From assembly GCF_964213995.1 (NCBI RefSeq), contig NW_027590388.1, positions 248,001-312,000 of the forward strand: a stretch of DNA of 64,000 bases, given 5' to 3'. Source of the DNA: Mustelus asterias (lineage: Eukaryota). The notes below the pieces were generated by a model. It saw only the letters and a list, made by a program, of their open reading frames with translations, had not been told where the DNA came from and did not search any database. The position numbers were made by a program, and so were the translations under genes. Every line of letters begins with the position of its first letter. Position 1 is the stretch's first letter. Shown here one piece after another: positions 1 to 12,306 of the stretch.

Positions 1-164
1 CTGAAAACAAAGTTGTGAGACCGGCCAGTCCAGCAGAAAGAAACCCTCCAACCCTCCCACTTCACCAATTGTCAAAATGAACATAGTTCAGTCCCGGATG
101 TGATTAACAGCAGCAATAACAGCAGAATCCAACCACTGTCATCACTTGTGAACTTACTGGTGTC

Positions 165-1415
165 TCAGCAGGTGGGATGACTGAGTGAATCCCTTTGTGA
201 ATCCTTGTGAACTCGCTGGTGTGTCAGCAGGTGGGATGACTGCATGAATCCCTTTCCACACTCAGAGCAGATAAACGGCCTCTCTCCGGTGTGAACTTGC
301 TGGTGACTCTGCAGATAAGATGAAAGAGCGAATCCTTTCCCACACTCAGAGCAGGTGAATGGTCTCTCCCTGGTGTGAACACGTCGGTGTGCCTGCAGGT
401 TAGCTGAACGAGTGAATCCCTTCCCACACTCAGAGCAGGTGAACGGCCTCTCCCCGGTGTGAACTTGCTGGTGATTCTGCAGGTCGGATAACTGAATGAA
501 TCCCCTGCCACACTCGGAACAGGTGAATGGCCTCTCCCTGGTGTGAACCTCCTGGTGTGACACTAGGTGGGATGATTGAATAAAACGCCTCCCACACTCG
601 GAGCAGACGAATGGCCTCTCCCTGCTGTGAACTCCCTGGTGTGACATTAGGTGTGACGATTGGATAAAACGTTTCCCACATTCGGGGCAGCTGAATGGCC
701 TCTCCCTTGTGTGGGTTCCTTGGTGTGTCACTAGGTGTGATAACTGAATAAAACGCTTCCCACACTCGGAGCAGGGGAACGGCCTCTCCCTCCTGTGGAC
801 TCCCTGGTGAGTCACTAGGTGTGATAACTGAATAAAACACTTCCTGCACTCAGAGCAGTTGAAAGGCCTCTCCTTAGTGTGGGCTCGCTGGTGTATCTGC
901 AGGTGAGATGACTGAGTGAAACCCTTTCCACAGTCGGAGCAGGTGAATGGTCGCTTTCCGGTGTGGATTTGTTGGTGATTCAAAAGTTCAGATGAATGAT
1001 TGAATTGCTTCCCACACTCAGAGCAGTTGAACGGTTTTTCCCCAGTGTGAACTTGCTGGTGTGTCAGCAGGTGGGATAACTGAGTGAATCCCTTCCCACA
1101 ATCAGAGCAGGTGTACAGCCTCTCCCTACTGTGAACTGCTTGGTGATTCCACAGGTCGGCTGCCTGGAGAAAACCCTTCCCACACTCGGAGCAGATGAAG
1201 GGCCTCTCCCCAGTGTGGCTGCATTGATGAATCTTCAGGGCAGATGGGGAGCAGTCTCCTTCCCCACACTTGGAGCAGGGGAACAGTCTCTCCCCAGTGT
1301 GAATATGTTGATGAGTTTGCAGTGCAGACGGGATACGGAATTCCTTACCACAATCCTCATCTTTCCCCGGTTTCTCCATGGTGTGGATGTCCTTGTGTCT
1401 TTCCAGGTTTAACAA
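165..1415 (-). CDS. Tandem C2H2 zinc-finger protein Z1 (13 complete fingers plus 1 degenerate; probable ATG at 1379, MEKP...)
   Basis: ORF of CxxC-x12-HxxxH repeats with TGERPF linkers; no KRAB, SCAN or BTB domain visible; acceptor ttttacag near 1715; family-typical 3' UTR follows. Confidence 0.9.
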   Translation of the reverse strand: MLNLERHKDIHTMEKPGKDEDCGKEFRIPSALQTHQHIHTGERLFPCSKCGEGDCSPSALKIHQCSHTGERPFICSECGKGFLQAADLWNHQAVHSRERLYTCSDCGKGFTQLSHLLTHQQVHTGEKPFNCSECGKQFNHSSELLNHQQIHTGKRPFTCSDCGKGFTQSSHLQIHQRAHTKERPFNCSECRKCFIQLSHLVTHQGVHRRERPFPCSECGKRFIQLSHLVTHQGTHTRERPFSCPECGKRFIQSSHLMSHQGVHSRERPFVCSECGRRFIQSSHLVSHQEVHTRERPFTCSECGRGFIQLSDLQNHQQVHTGERPFTCSECGKGFTRSANLQAHRRVHTRERPFTCSECGKGFALSSYLQSHQQVHTGERPFICSECGKGFMQSSHLLTHQRVHKDSQRDSLSHPTC

Positions 1416-2689
1416 TCAGTTAAATCCTCATCCATTCATAGAGCATGTGTACTGTCTGTCCCCGCTGTAAATGATGTGATATTTTTGCAGTCTGTGTAAC
1501 TGGTCTTTTGACAGTCAGTGTACTGGACACTCTCACTCAGCTCTGTGTTCCTTGGTGCCTTTCCAGTCACACTGATGTGACAGAAAAAACAGATAAATAT
1601 TTCTTCTTCTCGATTCAAAGTCTGATGATATTCAGGTTCTGATAATTTGAGTGACTCTATTAAGCCTTAACATGTTTTGAGATTGCTGGCAGCAAATCTT
1701 CCCCTTATAACTTCCTGTAAAATGAGTTTACAAAAGTCATCACTGTCAGTATCAAACAGAAATTCAGAATAGACAATTCTAGTTTCTGTGGAACATTTCT
1801 TCCTTTCTCGTTCCTCTGGATCTGTACATCTCCATCCCACACCCTATCCCTGTATCCTCACTCTGCTGTCTGTATAATACACCCTTCCAATTCTCCTGAA
1901 GGTGTTGATTCATGCTGATCAACAAATCCATGCTCAGTCCTTCTTCTCCAGCACTGAGATATCTTCATGCAGGTTGCTCGTCTAAATACCTAAATATACT
2001 TAGCGAAGTAAAATGTATGTAACATAGGGGACCAGTTTAATAATTAGAAGTACAGCAAGGCTATGAGATAGAACATTTCAACAGTGAACGTTCTTGAATA
2101 TCAATTTTTTGGCTATGAGGGTGGTGCATTTTGATACATTCAATATTTCAAAATGAAATTAGATGGGCAGTCAAAATAGACTGGCAGGGGAACAGGGATA
2201 CAGACGGGATGAGGAGCATATCAGCCATGATTGAATGGCGGAGTGGACTCGATGGGCCAAATAGCCTAATTATACTCCTATATCTTATGAACTTAAGGGG
2301 GAATGGGACTGACTGGATTGCTCTACAGAGAGTTAGCATGGACTTGAGTTGCTGAATCGACTCCTTGTGTGATACAATAACCCGATTACTGAAAATAAAC
2401 TACTTAGTTACAGTATTAACAAAACTAAAAATAATAAAAAATGAACTTTATTACTGGACCATGCATAATATATCTAATTTGTACCATATTACAAGACTGC
2501 ACACATCTCTGTCCTATATTAATTTACTGCCCCTTAAATTTCAGCTATTTCCTCGGGAAATCATCCCTTTAAATTGTGAACATTAGGAAAGAGACCATCC
2601 TCTTAACCAGACAAATAAATGTGACAAGTTGAGGAAGCAAAGGATGGCAATGTCTTTAAGAGGGAGAGAGATACCTGGGCCAACCTTTC

Positions 2690-3130
2690 CAGAGTCTGCA
2701 GCCTCCCTGAATTCACTTCCTTTCCCTTCAGTTGCTGCAAGTCCCCAATTTAACCCCAGAATGAGAAGAAAAAGGAGAGAAGAAAACAAAGAGTTTTACT
2801 GACAGATGTTGACGACAGGAGGAGGTTTCAGTCTGTCTGAAATCCAATCTGCATTGTCACAAAGCCCGCACTCTGATTGGCTGGAGGACCAGTGTCCTTC
2901 CGGTCCTCCAATTCCTCCCATTGGTCAATGCCCTCATGAAGACAGTGGTGCAGCGGAAGTGAGTGGGAGACACTTTGACCCCGGATCGCTCGAAGTTGTT
3001 GGCCAATGGGAAACGCTATCCTCCGCACATGCGCAGAACTTCTCTGGGTTAATCATGCGCAGTCCCACCCGGCGAAGAGAGCGATTTTCTCAGCGCGGGG
3101 GATTGTGGGAGCTGCGGCTGCCATTACTCG
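2690..3130. promoter_or_regulatory. CpG-rich ZNF promoter and non-coding exon 1 module P1
   Basis: Three CCAAT boxes, ETS cttccgg/cggaag, NRF1-like gcacatgcgca, ZNF143-like ggattgtgggag; minus-strand donor ct|gtcagt near 2800; homologous to 23490-23600 and 63650-63990. Confidence 0.6.
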
Positions 3131-3444
3131 GCCGGAGCCCAGTCTCCAAACACCTGGGACTGCGATGGATGGGATGGGATGGGGAGGAGGCGAAGTGACT
3201 CCATCCGGATATAATGTACATCTGGGTAGTCACTGGAATTGATAGCGAAGCCGCCTTCGCAAAATTCAGGTGTAAAAATTTAGACACCTGGGTGACATAT
3301 TGGGGAGTGGAATAGCTCAATGTGAAACTGAACCCCAGAGTCAGCAGCGTCCTTGGGGGAGAACTGGGGAAAAATAAGGAGGATGGTCAAAAGAATTAGG
3401 CTTACAATTGATAGGGAGGAGGCAGATGTTTAAAGTTTGAAATT

Positions 3445-4735
3445 TGATTAGATTTGATTTATTATTGTCACATGTATTAGTAGACAGTGAGAAGTTTTGT
3501 TTCTTGTACGTTTTACTGACAAAGAGACAAAGAGATGGAGTTTAATGCGGAGAAGTGTGAGGTAATTCACTTTGGTAGGAATAACAGATGTGTTGAGTAT
3601 AGGGCTAACGGGAGGACTTTGAATAGTGTGGAGGAGCAGAGGGATCTAGGTGTATGTGTGCATAGATCCCTGAAAGTTGGGAATCAAGTAGATAAGGTTG
3701 TTAAGAAGGCATATGGTGTCTTGGCGTTTATTGGTAGGGGGATTGAATTTAGGAGTCGTAGCGTTATGTTGCAACTGTACACAACTCTGGTGCGGCCGCA
3801 CTTGGAGTACTGTGTGCAGTTCTGGTCCCCACATTACAGGAAGGATGTGGAGGCTTTGGAGAGGGTGCAGAGGAGGTTTACCAGGATGTTGCCTGGTATG
3901 GAGGGGAGATCCTATGAGGAGAGGCTGAGGGATTTGGGATTGTTTTCGCTGGAAAGGCGGCGGCTAAGAGGGGATCTTATTGAAACATATAAGATGATTA
4001 GAGGTTTAGATAGGGTGGATAGCGATAGCCTTTTTCCTCGGATGGAGAAATCCAGCACGAGGGGGCATGGCTTTAAATTGAGGGGGGGTAGTTATAGAAC
4101 CGATGTCAGGGGTAGGTTCTTTACCCAGAGGGTGGTGAGGGATTGGAATGCCCTGCCAGCATCAGTAGTAAATGCGCCTAGTTTGGGGGCGTTTAAGAGA
4201 TCCGTAGATAGGTTCATGGACGAAAAGAAATTGGTTTAGGTTGGAGGGTCACAGTTTTTTTTTTTTGTTTTTTTTTTTAACTGGTCGGTGCAACATCGTG
4301 GGCCGAAGGGCCTGTTCTGCGCTGTAATGTTCTATGTTCTATGTTCTATGTTCTATGAAAGAGGAGGGTGCAGAATGGAGTATTACAGTCATAGCTAGGA
4401 TATAGAGAAAGATCAAATTAATGTGAGGTAGTTCCATTCAAAAGTTTGATGGCCTCAGGGAAGAAGCTGTTCTCGATTTGGTTATACATGTTCTCAGACC
4501 TTTATATCTTTTTCCCGATGGAAGGAGGTGGAAGAAAGAATGTCCAGGGTGCGTGGGGTCCTTGATTACGCTGGCTGCTTTTCTAAGACAGTGGGAAATG
4601 TAGACAGAGTCAATGGATAGGAGGCTGGTTTGCATGATGGATTAGGTCATTCATGACCCTTTGTAGTTTCTTGTGGTCTTGGACAGAGCAGGAGCAATAT
4701 CAAGTTGTGATACAACCAGAAAGAATGCTTTCCAG
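3445..4735 (-). mobile_element. Rex1/Babar-like LINE 3' fragment, split by a CR1 insertion
   Basis: Minus-strand peptide IKDPTHPGHSFFHLLPSGKRY; 3' end aataaatcaaatc matches the copy at 14555-15000. Confidence 0.65.
3535..4357 (+). mobile_element. Young 5'-truncated CR1 LINE (ORF2 C-terminus open, 3535-4239)
   Basis: LVRPHLEYCVQFWSP, LERRRLRGDLIE and FFTQRVV..WN motifs; (ctatgtt)n 3' tail; aaagag on both sides as a candidate TSD. Confidence 0.92.
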
Positions 4736-4739
4736 AAAG

Positions 4740-4990
4740 GGAGGAGAATGTTACGTGACAACCAGAATATCAGTTTCAAATTTCTATCCTGTGCTTACAT
4801 TCATTGCTTTGATAGATGTTTTTATTTACAAGGGATTAGAATGGAAGGATTTTCAGTCAGAAACATCTTGATTCATTTGGACACGACTATCATCAGCGAT
4901 CAAATGTCAGAGGAACACTGATGCCCTGTTCAAAAAGATTTCAATCATCAGTGCGAATGGAAAAGTTGTGTGATGCACATTCCCAAGAGA
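4740..4990 (+). pseudogene. Remnant of ZNF intron end and leader exon
   Basis: Homologous to 11995-12270 (aatttctatcctgt ... ggattagaatgg ... catcagtg); no fingers follow. Confidence 0.5.
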
Positions 4991-5061
4991 GAGAGAGAGA
5001 TTTCCAGGAAAAGAGACATAAGAATATATGAACAAATGAACTATGAGCAGGCCACTCAGGC

Positions 5062-5819
5062 CGTTTCAGTGCTCAGCGCCGACAACTGCCAGTTTCCAGA
5101 TGCAATTTTACAACTCATCCGCTTCATCCTGGACCACAATGTCTTCACCTTCAACAACCAGTTCTTCATCCAGACACACGGAACAGCTATAGGGACCAAA
5201 TTCGCACCTCAATATGCCAACATCTTCATGCACAGGTTCAAACAAGACATCTTCACCGCACAGGACCTTCAACCGATGCTATACACTAGATACATTGATG
5301 ACATTTTCTTCCTTTGGACTCATGGTGAACAATCACTGAGACAACTATATGATGACATCAACAAGTTCCACCCCACCATCAGACTCACCATGGACTACTC
5401 TCCGGAATCAGTTGCATTCTTGGACACACACATCTCCATTAAGGATGGTCACCTCAGCACCTCACTATACCGCAAGCCCATGGATAACCTCACGATGCTC
5501 CACTTCTCCAGCTTCCACCCTAAACACGTTAAAGAAGCCACCCCCTATGGACAAGCCCTCCGTATACACAGGATCTGCTCAGATGATCGCAACAGACACC
5601 TCCACGCGCTGAAAGATGCCCTCATAAAGAACAGGATATGGCGCTCAACTCATCGATCGACAGTTCCGACGTGCCACAGCGATAAACCGCACCGACCTCC
5701 TCAGAAGACAAACACGGGACATGGTGGACAGAATACCCTTTGTCGTCCAGTACTTCCCCGGAGCGGAGAAGCTACGGCATCTCCTCTGGAGCCTTCAACA
5801 TGTCATTGATGAAGACGAA
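5062..5819 (+). mobile_element. Penelope-like element reverse transcriptase fragment
   Basis: Motifs GTAIGTKFAPQYANIFM, RYIDDIF, FLD, LYRKP, SFHP; frameshifted near the 3' end. Confidence 0.88.
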
Positions 5820-6422
5820 GGTTTGTGACAAATCCCCACATTAACATGGTCAATTCCCCTATATTTCTGTGCTTGTGTCTCCAATTGGGCCCCCAGACTG
5901 CCATCATTTCCATCCACTAATGGAAATGTTCATATATTTGGCATGGTGTGACACCCCTATGGCTGTAAAATGGTAGATCCTCTGGCTCAGTATGAGCTGT
6001 GACTTGGTGGACGGGCTATGAATGTGATATAAATACAGCCTTACAGATGATGCATTTCGTCCAAGTCAACTTGACAGTCAAATGATGAGGGCTGAATGGA
6101 CTCCCCGAACTCTCTCGTTGCATATTGTTCTTATTGAATGGGATCATACCTATCCAAGCAGTGTAAAAAAAAGGAAACAACAGGAAACAAGTAGCCAGAG
6201 TAAATCTTGGTCCAGAGAAAGCTCACTTCAAAAGCAACTAACTTGTGTTAATATTAAAAACATTTGCCACATATTGTTTGACACAAAACTGATTCAGTTT
6301 AATTTTATCCAGAACATTAACACCTATTACCGAGCTGCAGTTTATGAACACCAGCAGAATCGGACCCTAATGAATGTTGTTCAGTCCTGGGTGTGATTAA
6401 CAGCAAACTCTAACTCCTGCCT

Positions 6423-7467
6423 TCACTTATGAATTCGCTGATGCGTCAGCAGGTTGGATTTCCGAGTGAATCCCTTCCCACACTTGGAGCAGGTGAACGG
6501 TCTCTCCCCAGTGTGAATTCGCTGGTGTTCAGTGAGATGGGATGATTGTCTGAATCCAATTGCACAGTGAGAGCATCTGAACGGTCTCTTGTCAGTGTGA
6601 ACATGCTGATGGGATTTCAGTTCTCCAGAACTTTTATAGTAATTCCCAGTCTGGGCACTTGAAAGGTCTCTCTCCAGAGTGAACCCGCTGGTGCACCATG
6701 AGTTGGGATGACCGACTAAATCCCTTCCCACACTCCGTGCAGGTGAATGGCCTTTTCCCAGTGTGAATTCGCTGGTGTTCAGTGAGTTGAGATGATTGCC
6801 TGAACCCAGTCCCGCAGTGAGAGCACCTGAACGGTCTCTCCTCAGTGTGAACACGTTGGTGGTACGTCAGTTCCCAGGAGCTTTTATAGCCCTTTCCACA
6901 TTCTGCACAGTAAAAAGGTCTTTCCTCAGTGTGAACTTGCTGATGGCGTGTCAGTTCCCGGGAACTTTTAAAGCACTTCCCACATGCAGGACATTTAAAA
7001 GGTCTCTTGTCAGTGTGAACTCGCTGGTGTGATAGCAGGTTGCTTGTGTGAATGAATCCCTTCCCACACAGGGAGCAGGTGAATGGCCTCTCCCCGGTGT
7101 GAACTCTCTGGTGTACCAGCAGATTGGAGGACTGAGTGAATCCCTTCCCACATTTGGAGCAGGTGAATGGTCTCTCTCCAGTGTGAACTTGCCGGTGTCT
7201 CAGCAGGTTGAACGACTGAGTGAATCCTTTCCCACACACAGAGCAGGTGAACGGCCTCTCCCCAGCATGAACTCGCTGGTGAATTTCCAGTTCAGATGGG
7301 GAATAGAATCCTTCCTCGCAGTCCCCACATTTCAACGGCTTCTCTTCAGTGTGACTGCACTTGTGGTTCGTGGGGTCAGATGATTCATACACAGAACACG
7401 TGTACAGATTCTCCCCACTGCAATCGATGCTTTTTTCTTCCATGTTCAAAATCCAATAATGATACAA
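6423..7467 (-). pseudogene. ZNF Z2A, frameshifted and three fingers shorter than Z2B; could encode a truncated 8-finger protein (6634-7443)
   Basis: aattcccagtctggg at ~6645 versus aattcccacagtctggg at ~44085 (2-bp deletion); downstream fingers are out of frame. Confidence 0.85.
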
Positions 7468-7704
7468 TGGTTACAATAAATTGGGCGACTCCATCAGATC
7501 CTGATGTGATGTTCGCTTTGTAATTCCCGACTGAAAATCCTCCTCTTCTAAAACCCTGTGAAACTGATTTAAATGGAAAAAAGGCAGTGAGAGAGAACCC
7601 ACAGAAACTCAAAGGCAGGTTGTGAAATTGAGCTGAATGGATCTGGTCATTTGTGGGGCCGGCAGTAGGAAAAAGTGACCATGGAAACTGCCGGATTGTC
7701 ATTG

Positions 7705-7976
7705 GGCGGCACGGTGGCACAGTGATCAGCACTGCTACCTCACAGTGCCAGGGACCCAGGTTCAATTCGCGGCTTGGGTCACTGTCTGTGTGGAGTTTGC
7801 ACGTTCTCCCGGAGTTTGTGTGGGTTTCCTCCGGGTGTTCCGGTTTCCTCCCACAGTCTGAAAGACATGCTGGTTAGGTGCATTGACCCAAACAGGTGCT
7901 GGATTGTGGCAACTAGGGGAATTTCACAGCAACTTCATTGATGTGTTAATGTAAGCCTACTTGTGACTAATAAATT
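7705..7976 (+). mobile_element. HE1/V-SINE-like tRNA SINE, tail type B
   Basis: Head ggcggcacggtggcacagtg...ggttcaattc; central gtggagtttgcacgttctccc...ggtttcctcccacagt; ends gactaataaa. Confidence 0.8.
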
Positions 7977-8269
7977 TTTAACTTTAAAAAAACTCAACTG
8001 ATTCACTAATGTCCTTCAGGGAAGGAAACCTGCTCCCTGGTCAGGGGCGACACAAGACTCTGGACAATCTGGGAGAAGAGATCGAGGGGGAAGAGGCAGT
8101 GAGACAGAAGTAGGAGAGGGTGAGACAGAATTGGGCAGCACAGGAAAAAAGGAATTTCAAATATTTCAAACTCCCACAACCTCCACCACCTCGATGGAGC
8201 AATGAAGCAGGCGTATGGGAACACCATCATCTCCAAGTTCCTTTTCAACTCACACACCATCCTGACATG

Positions 8270-8820
8270 TCTGACATCCAGTACTGGATGAACAGAAACT
8301 TCCCCCAATTGAATATTAAGAACAAAGCCGTTGTCTTCAGTCCTCACAACAGACTCCACTCTCTCTCCGTGGCAACTGTCTGAGGCTGAACCAGACTTCT
8401 CACAACCTCAGTGTCCTGGCTCATCCCAAACTGAGCTTCCAGCCACATATCCTCATCATCACCCAGAATGCCTATTTCCACCTCAGTAACATCGCCCGAG
8501 TCTCAAATCATCTTGTTCAGAAACTCTCATCCATTCCTTTGTTACCTCTGGACTTAACTCTCCCAGAGCACTCTTTGCTGGCCTCCCACATTCAGCCTCC
8601 CTGCAATCCTGAGGTCATCCAAAACTCTGCTGTCTGTGTAATTATTCAAGACTTGTTCACCCATCACCCCTGTGCTCACTGACCTATAAAGGTTCCTGTT
8701 TAAGAACCACTAACATTTTAAAACTCCCGTTCTTGTTTCCAAATTTCTCCATGACTGCGACCACTCCTCCCTCTGTAATATCCTTCAGTCACACAATTCT
8801 CCATCATCGATGCTCTCCCC
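8270..8820 (+). mobile_element. Decayed L2-like LINE ORF2 fragment (related copies at 9770-10230, 23310-23390, 45710-46260, 47210-47453)
   Basis: Peptide SDIQYWMNRNFPQLNI.NKAVVF resembles the L2 RT C-terminal region. Confidence 0.55.
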
Positions 8821-9290
8821 TAATTCCAGCCTCTCTTCAGTGTGAACATATTGATGGGATGTCAGTTCTTGGGAACTTTTATAGCACTTCCCACAGTCTG
8901 GGCATTTAAAAGGTCTCTCGTCAGTGTGAACTCGCTGTTGTGTCACGGATAATGATGACTGAGTGAATCGTTTCCCATATACAGAGCAGGTGAATGACCT
9001 CTCCCCGGAGTGAACCTGCTGGTGTTTCAACAGATTGTTTGACTCATTGAATCCCAACCCACACTCAGAGCCGGTTCACAGCCTCTCCCTTGTGTGACTG
9101 CGTCGCTGAGTCTCCAGTTTAGATGGGTAACTGAAGGCCTTCTCACAGTCCTCATGTTTCCACAGTTTTCCCCGGTGTGATAGTGTCTCGATAGGTTAGA
9201 TGATTGGTTGAAGCCTCATCCACACATAGAACATATGTACGGTTTTTCCCCACTGTGAACAGTGCTTTTTCCTTCAATGTTCAAAATCCC
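8785..9290 (-). pseudogene. ZNF pseudogene Z3A (about 4-5 degenerate fingers, 3'-truncated)
   Basis: Broken fingers (CSVYGK, indels); acceptor changed to ttcatgg near 9372; fused to the L2 fragment. Confidence 0.8.
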
Positions 9291-10496
9291 ATAATTTGGA
9301 CACTCCATCAGATCCTGATGTGAATGTTTGGTTTGAGTTTCCTGACTACATATCCTCCTCTTTCAATATCCCATGAAATTAATTTAAAACAGAGAAAAGG
9401 GAGTGAGAGAGTGCCCACAAAAACACAAAGGCAGGTTATGAAATTGAGCTGAATGAATCTGGTCATCTGTGGGGCCGACCTGAGGAAAAAGTAACCATGG
9501 AAGCTCCTGGATTGTCACAAAAACCCAACTGGTTCACTAATGTCCTTCAGGGAAGGGGACTTACCACCCAGTCTGGGCCTACACAAGACTCTGGCCTCTA
9601 TGGGAGGGGAGAGAGGTGAAAGATGCAGGAACAAAGGAGGTGATTTTCTACTTTGAATTCTAGAACTCTGACAAAATTCTCCAAACCTTCAACTTCCGCA
9701 CCAAGGAGGACCAGGTGTATGCGAACACCATAATCTCCAAATTCCCCTCCAACTCGCACCGTCCTGCCCTGTCGGATATCCAGTACTGAATGAACAGCAA
9801 TGTGCTCCATTTAACTACTGGGAAGAAGAAAACCATTGTTTCTCTTCAGTCCCCGCTACAAACTCCACTCCCAAACTACTGACTCCATCCTTCTCCCTGA
9901 TAACTGTCTGAGACTGAACCGGACTGTTCCCAGCCTCAATAACAGCTTTCACTCTAAACTGAGCTCCTGACCTCATATCTGCATCATCACCAAGACTGCC
10001 AATTTCCATCTCAGTAACATCATCTGTCTCTTTCCTTGATTCTGCTCATCTGCAGCTGGAACTCTCATCCATTCCTTCAATAACTCCAGACTTAACTATC
10101 CGAATGCATTCCCGGCCTCCTACATTCAATCGCCCTGAAGTCTTAAAGTCATCCAAATCTCTGCTGGCCATGTGCTTCCTCACACCAAGTCTTGTTCACT
10201 CATCACCCCCGACCTCACTGACCTGCAAAGGCACTTAGTGTATAACACTTCTTTGAAATGCCGTGGGAAAGTCTATGACATGGAAGACATATAAATACAG
10301 ATTGTTATTATTGACATGTATCAGCGTTCCTTCATCATTACTGGGTGAATAACCTGTAACTCTTACTGAACGAATTGTGGGAGCACCTTCACCACATGGA
10401 CTGCAACGGTTCAAGAAGGTCAAACATCATCTTGCCCACAGGTACCTGGGGATGGGGAATGTTTGCTGCTGGTCTTGTTAGTGAAAGGACACAGTC

Positions 10497-10790
10497 TATT
10501 TATTTATTAGCATCATAAGTAGGCTTACATTCACATTGCAATGAAGTTACTGTGAAAACTCCATAGTCGCCACACTCCGGCACCTGTTCGGGTTTACTGA
10601 GGGAGCATTTAGCATGGCCAATGCACCTAACCAGCACGTCTTTCGGACTGTGGGAGGAAACCAGAGCACCCAGAGGAAACCCACGCAGACACGGAGAGAA
10701 TGTGCAAACTCGACACAGACTCCACAAGGCTGGGAATCGAATCCGGGTCCCTGGCGCTGTGACGCAGCAGTGCTAACCACCGTGCCACCT
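10497..10790 (-). mobile_element. HE1/V-SINE-like SINE, tail type B
   Basis: Reverse complement resembles 7705-7976. Confidence 0.8.
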
Positions 10791-10871
10791 TAATTTTCAC
10801 ATCAAAGCAAAAACAGTGACTTAACTATTTGGGACTTTCAAAGGTGGTGATTTTAACCAACATTCCCCACG

Positions 10872-11455
10872 GTGGTGAATGTTGAGTTTAAAAGTTGGCA
10901 AATTATGTTACAGTCATATAAAATATTGGTTAGGTCACATTTGGAATACTGTGTCCAATTCTGGTCGGCATTCTACCAGAAGGACGTGGTAGCTTTGGAG
11001 GGAGTACAGAAAATGTTTACCAGGATGTTGCATGGTATGGAGGGTATTAGCTATGAGGAAAGATTGAATAAACTGGAAAGATGGAGGCCATGGGGCAACC
11101 TGATAGAAGTTTATAAAATTATGAGGGGCGTAGGTAAGGTAACAGTTGGAAGCTTTCTTCCTGGCAGAAATGACAATCACAAGGGGGCACAATTCAAAGT
11201 AAGGGGGGGGGGGGAAAGTTCAGTGGAGACACGGGGGGAAGTTTTTTTACACAGTGGGTGGTGGGGCCTGGAATGCACTGCCAAGTGAGGTGGTCGAGGC
11301 AGATACATTAGCAACATTTAAAACTTATCTGGATAGAAACATGAACAGACGGTGTATAGAGGGATATAAGCGGTTGGTTTAGATAGGATAACGTGATGGG
11401 CGCAGGCTTGTGGGCCGAAGGGCCTGTTCCTGTGCTGTACTGTTCTTTGTTCTTT
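10872..11455 (+). mobile_element. Decayed CR1 3' fragment
   Basis: LVRSHLEYCVQFWS motif; (gttcttt)n tail. Confidence 0.85.
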
Positions 11456-11459
11456 ATCC

Positions 11460-11800
11460 CCTATCCACACCATAGGGGAACAGTGCGCAGGCGCAGTACC
11501 GAACATGGTAGGGAGCATGCGCGATGTCAGTGATGGCGAAGGGGAGAGAGGATCCTTTTGTCTGATCCGCAGCCGGTAAAGATGTGGAAACGCGCAGGGC
11601 CGATGGAGTCGGCGGGTGAACGGGGAGGGTTTCTAAATACCTGCTGAAAGCCTCAAACCGCGAATACGGACCTGCAGGTTCCGCGTTTGCAGCTCCGGTT
11701 TGTCCTCCCGGGGCGAAGACCCCGGTTACCAGCCGCCATCTTAGTTCAGCGGAGGGCAGAGCGCATGCGCTGGCGTCTTGGTGACGCGCATTGTGACACA
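11460..11800. promoter_or_regulatory. CpG-island candidate bidirectional promoter P2 with minus-facing non-coding exon 1
   Basis: NRF1 gcgcatgcgc and tgcgcaggcgca, YY1 gccgccatctt, tgacg half-site; minus-strand donor cag|gtattt near 11641; lies between divergent ZNF exons. Confidence 0.65.
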
Positions 11801-12306
11801 ACAGAGAGTGGATGGGATTCAGGATTTCTGTTTTTAACTGGGTCCTAGTGCCCGAGGCCACATAAAAGGTTCAGAGACACTGGTCAGAACTTTCTGGTTC
11901 AGTGAGGAAGGTTCCCTTTGGTTTTGTTGATGCTTGGTTGTTGATTTTTGTCTTTCAGTTCGTTTGGACCATATGATTGGAGGGAATAAGAAAGGAAAGA
12001 ATGTTCCATCCAAACTAGAATTGTCTGTTTTGAATTTCTATCCTGTATTTACACTGATAACTTCTGTAAACTCCTTTTACAGGGGATTAGGATGGGAGGA
12101 TTGACAGGTGGGAAACTTAAATCAAACATCACATTGAGATCTGACAGTCATTCGATTCATCAGGACCTGAATATCAATGTGGAAGGAGAAATGTTTATTT
12201 GTTCTGTCTGTGGGAAAAGATTTCAGACATCAGTGTGATTGGAAAAGCACCGAGACACACACACACCCGAGTGAAGGTGTTCCAGTGAACTGACTGTGGA
12301 AAGAGC

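Noticed and set aside
224-849. Alternative-frame and antisense ORFs overlapping ZNF arrays, here and in all ZNF genes
   Set aside because: Shadow frames of the 84-bp finger repeat
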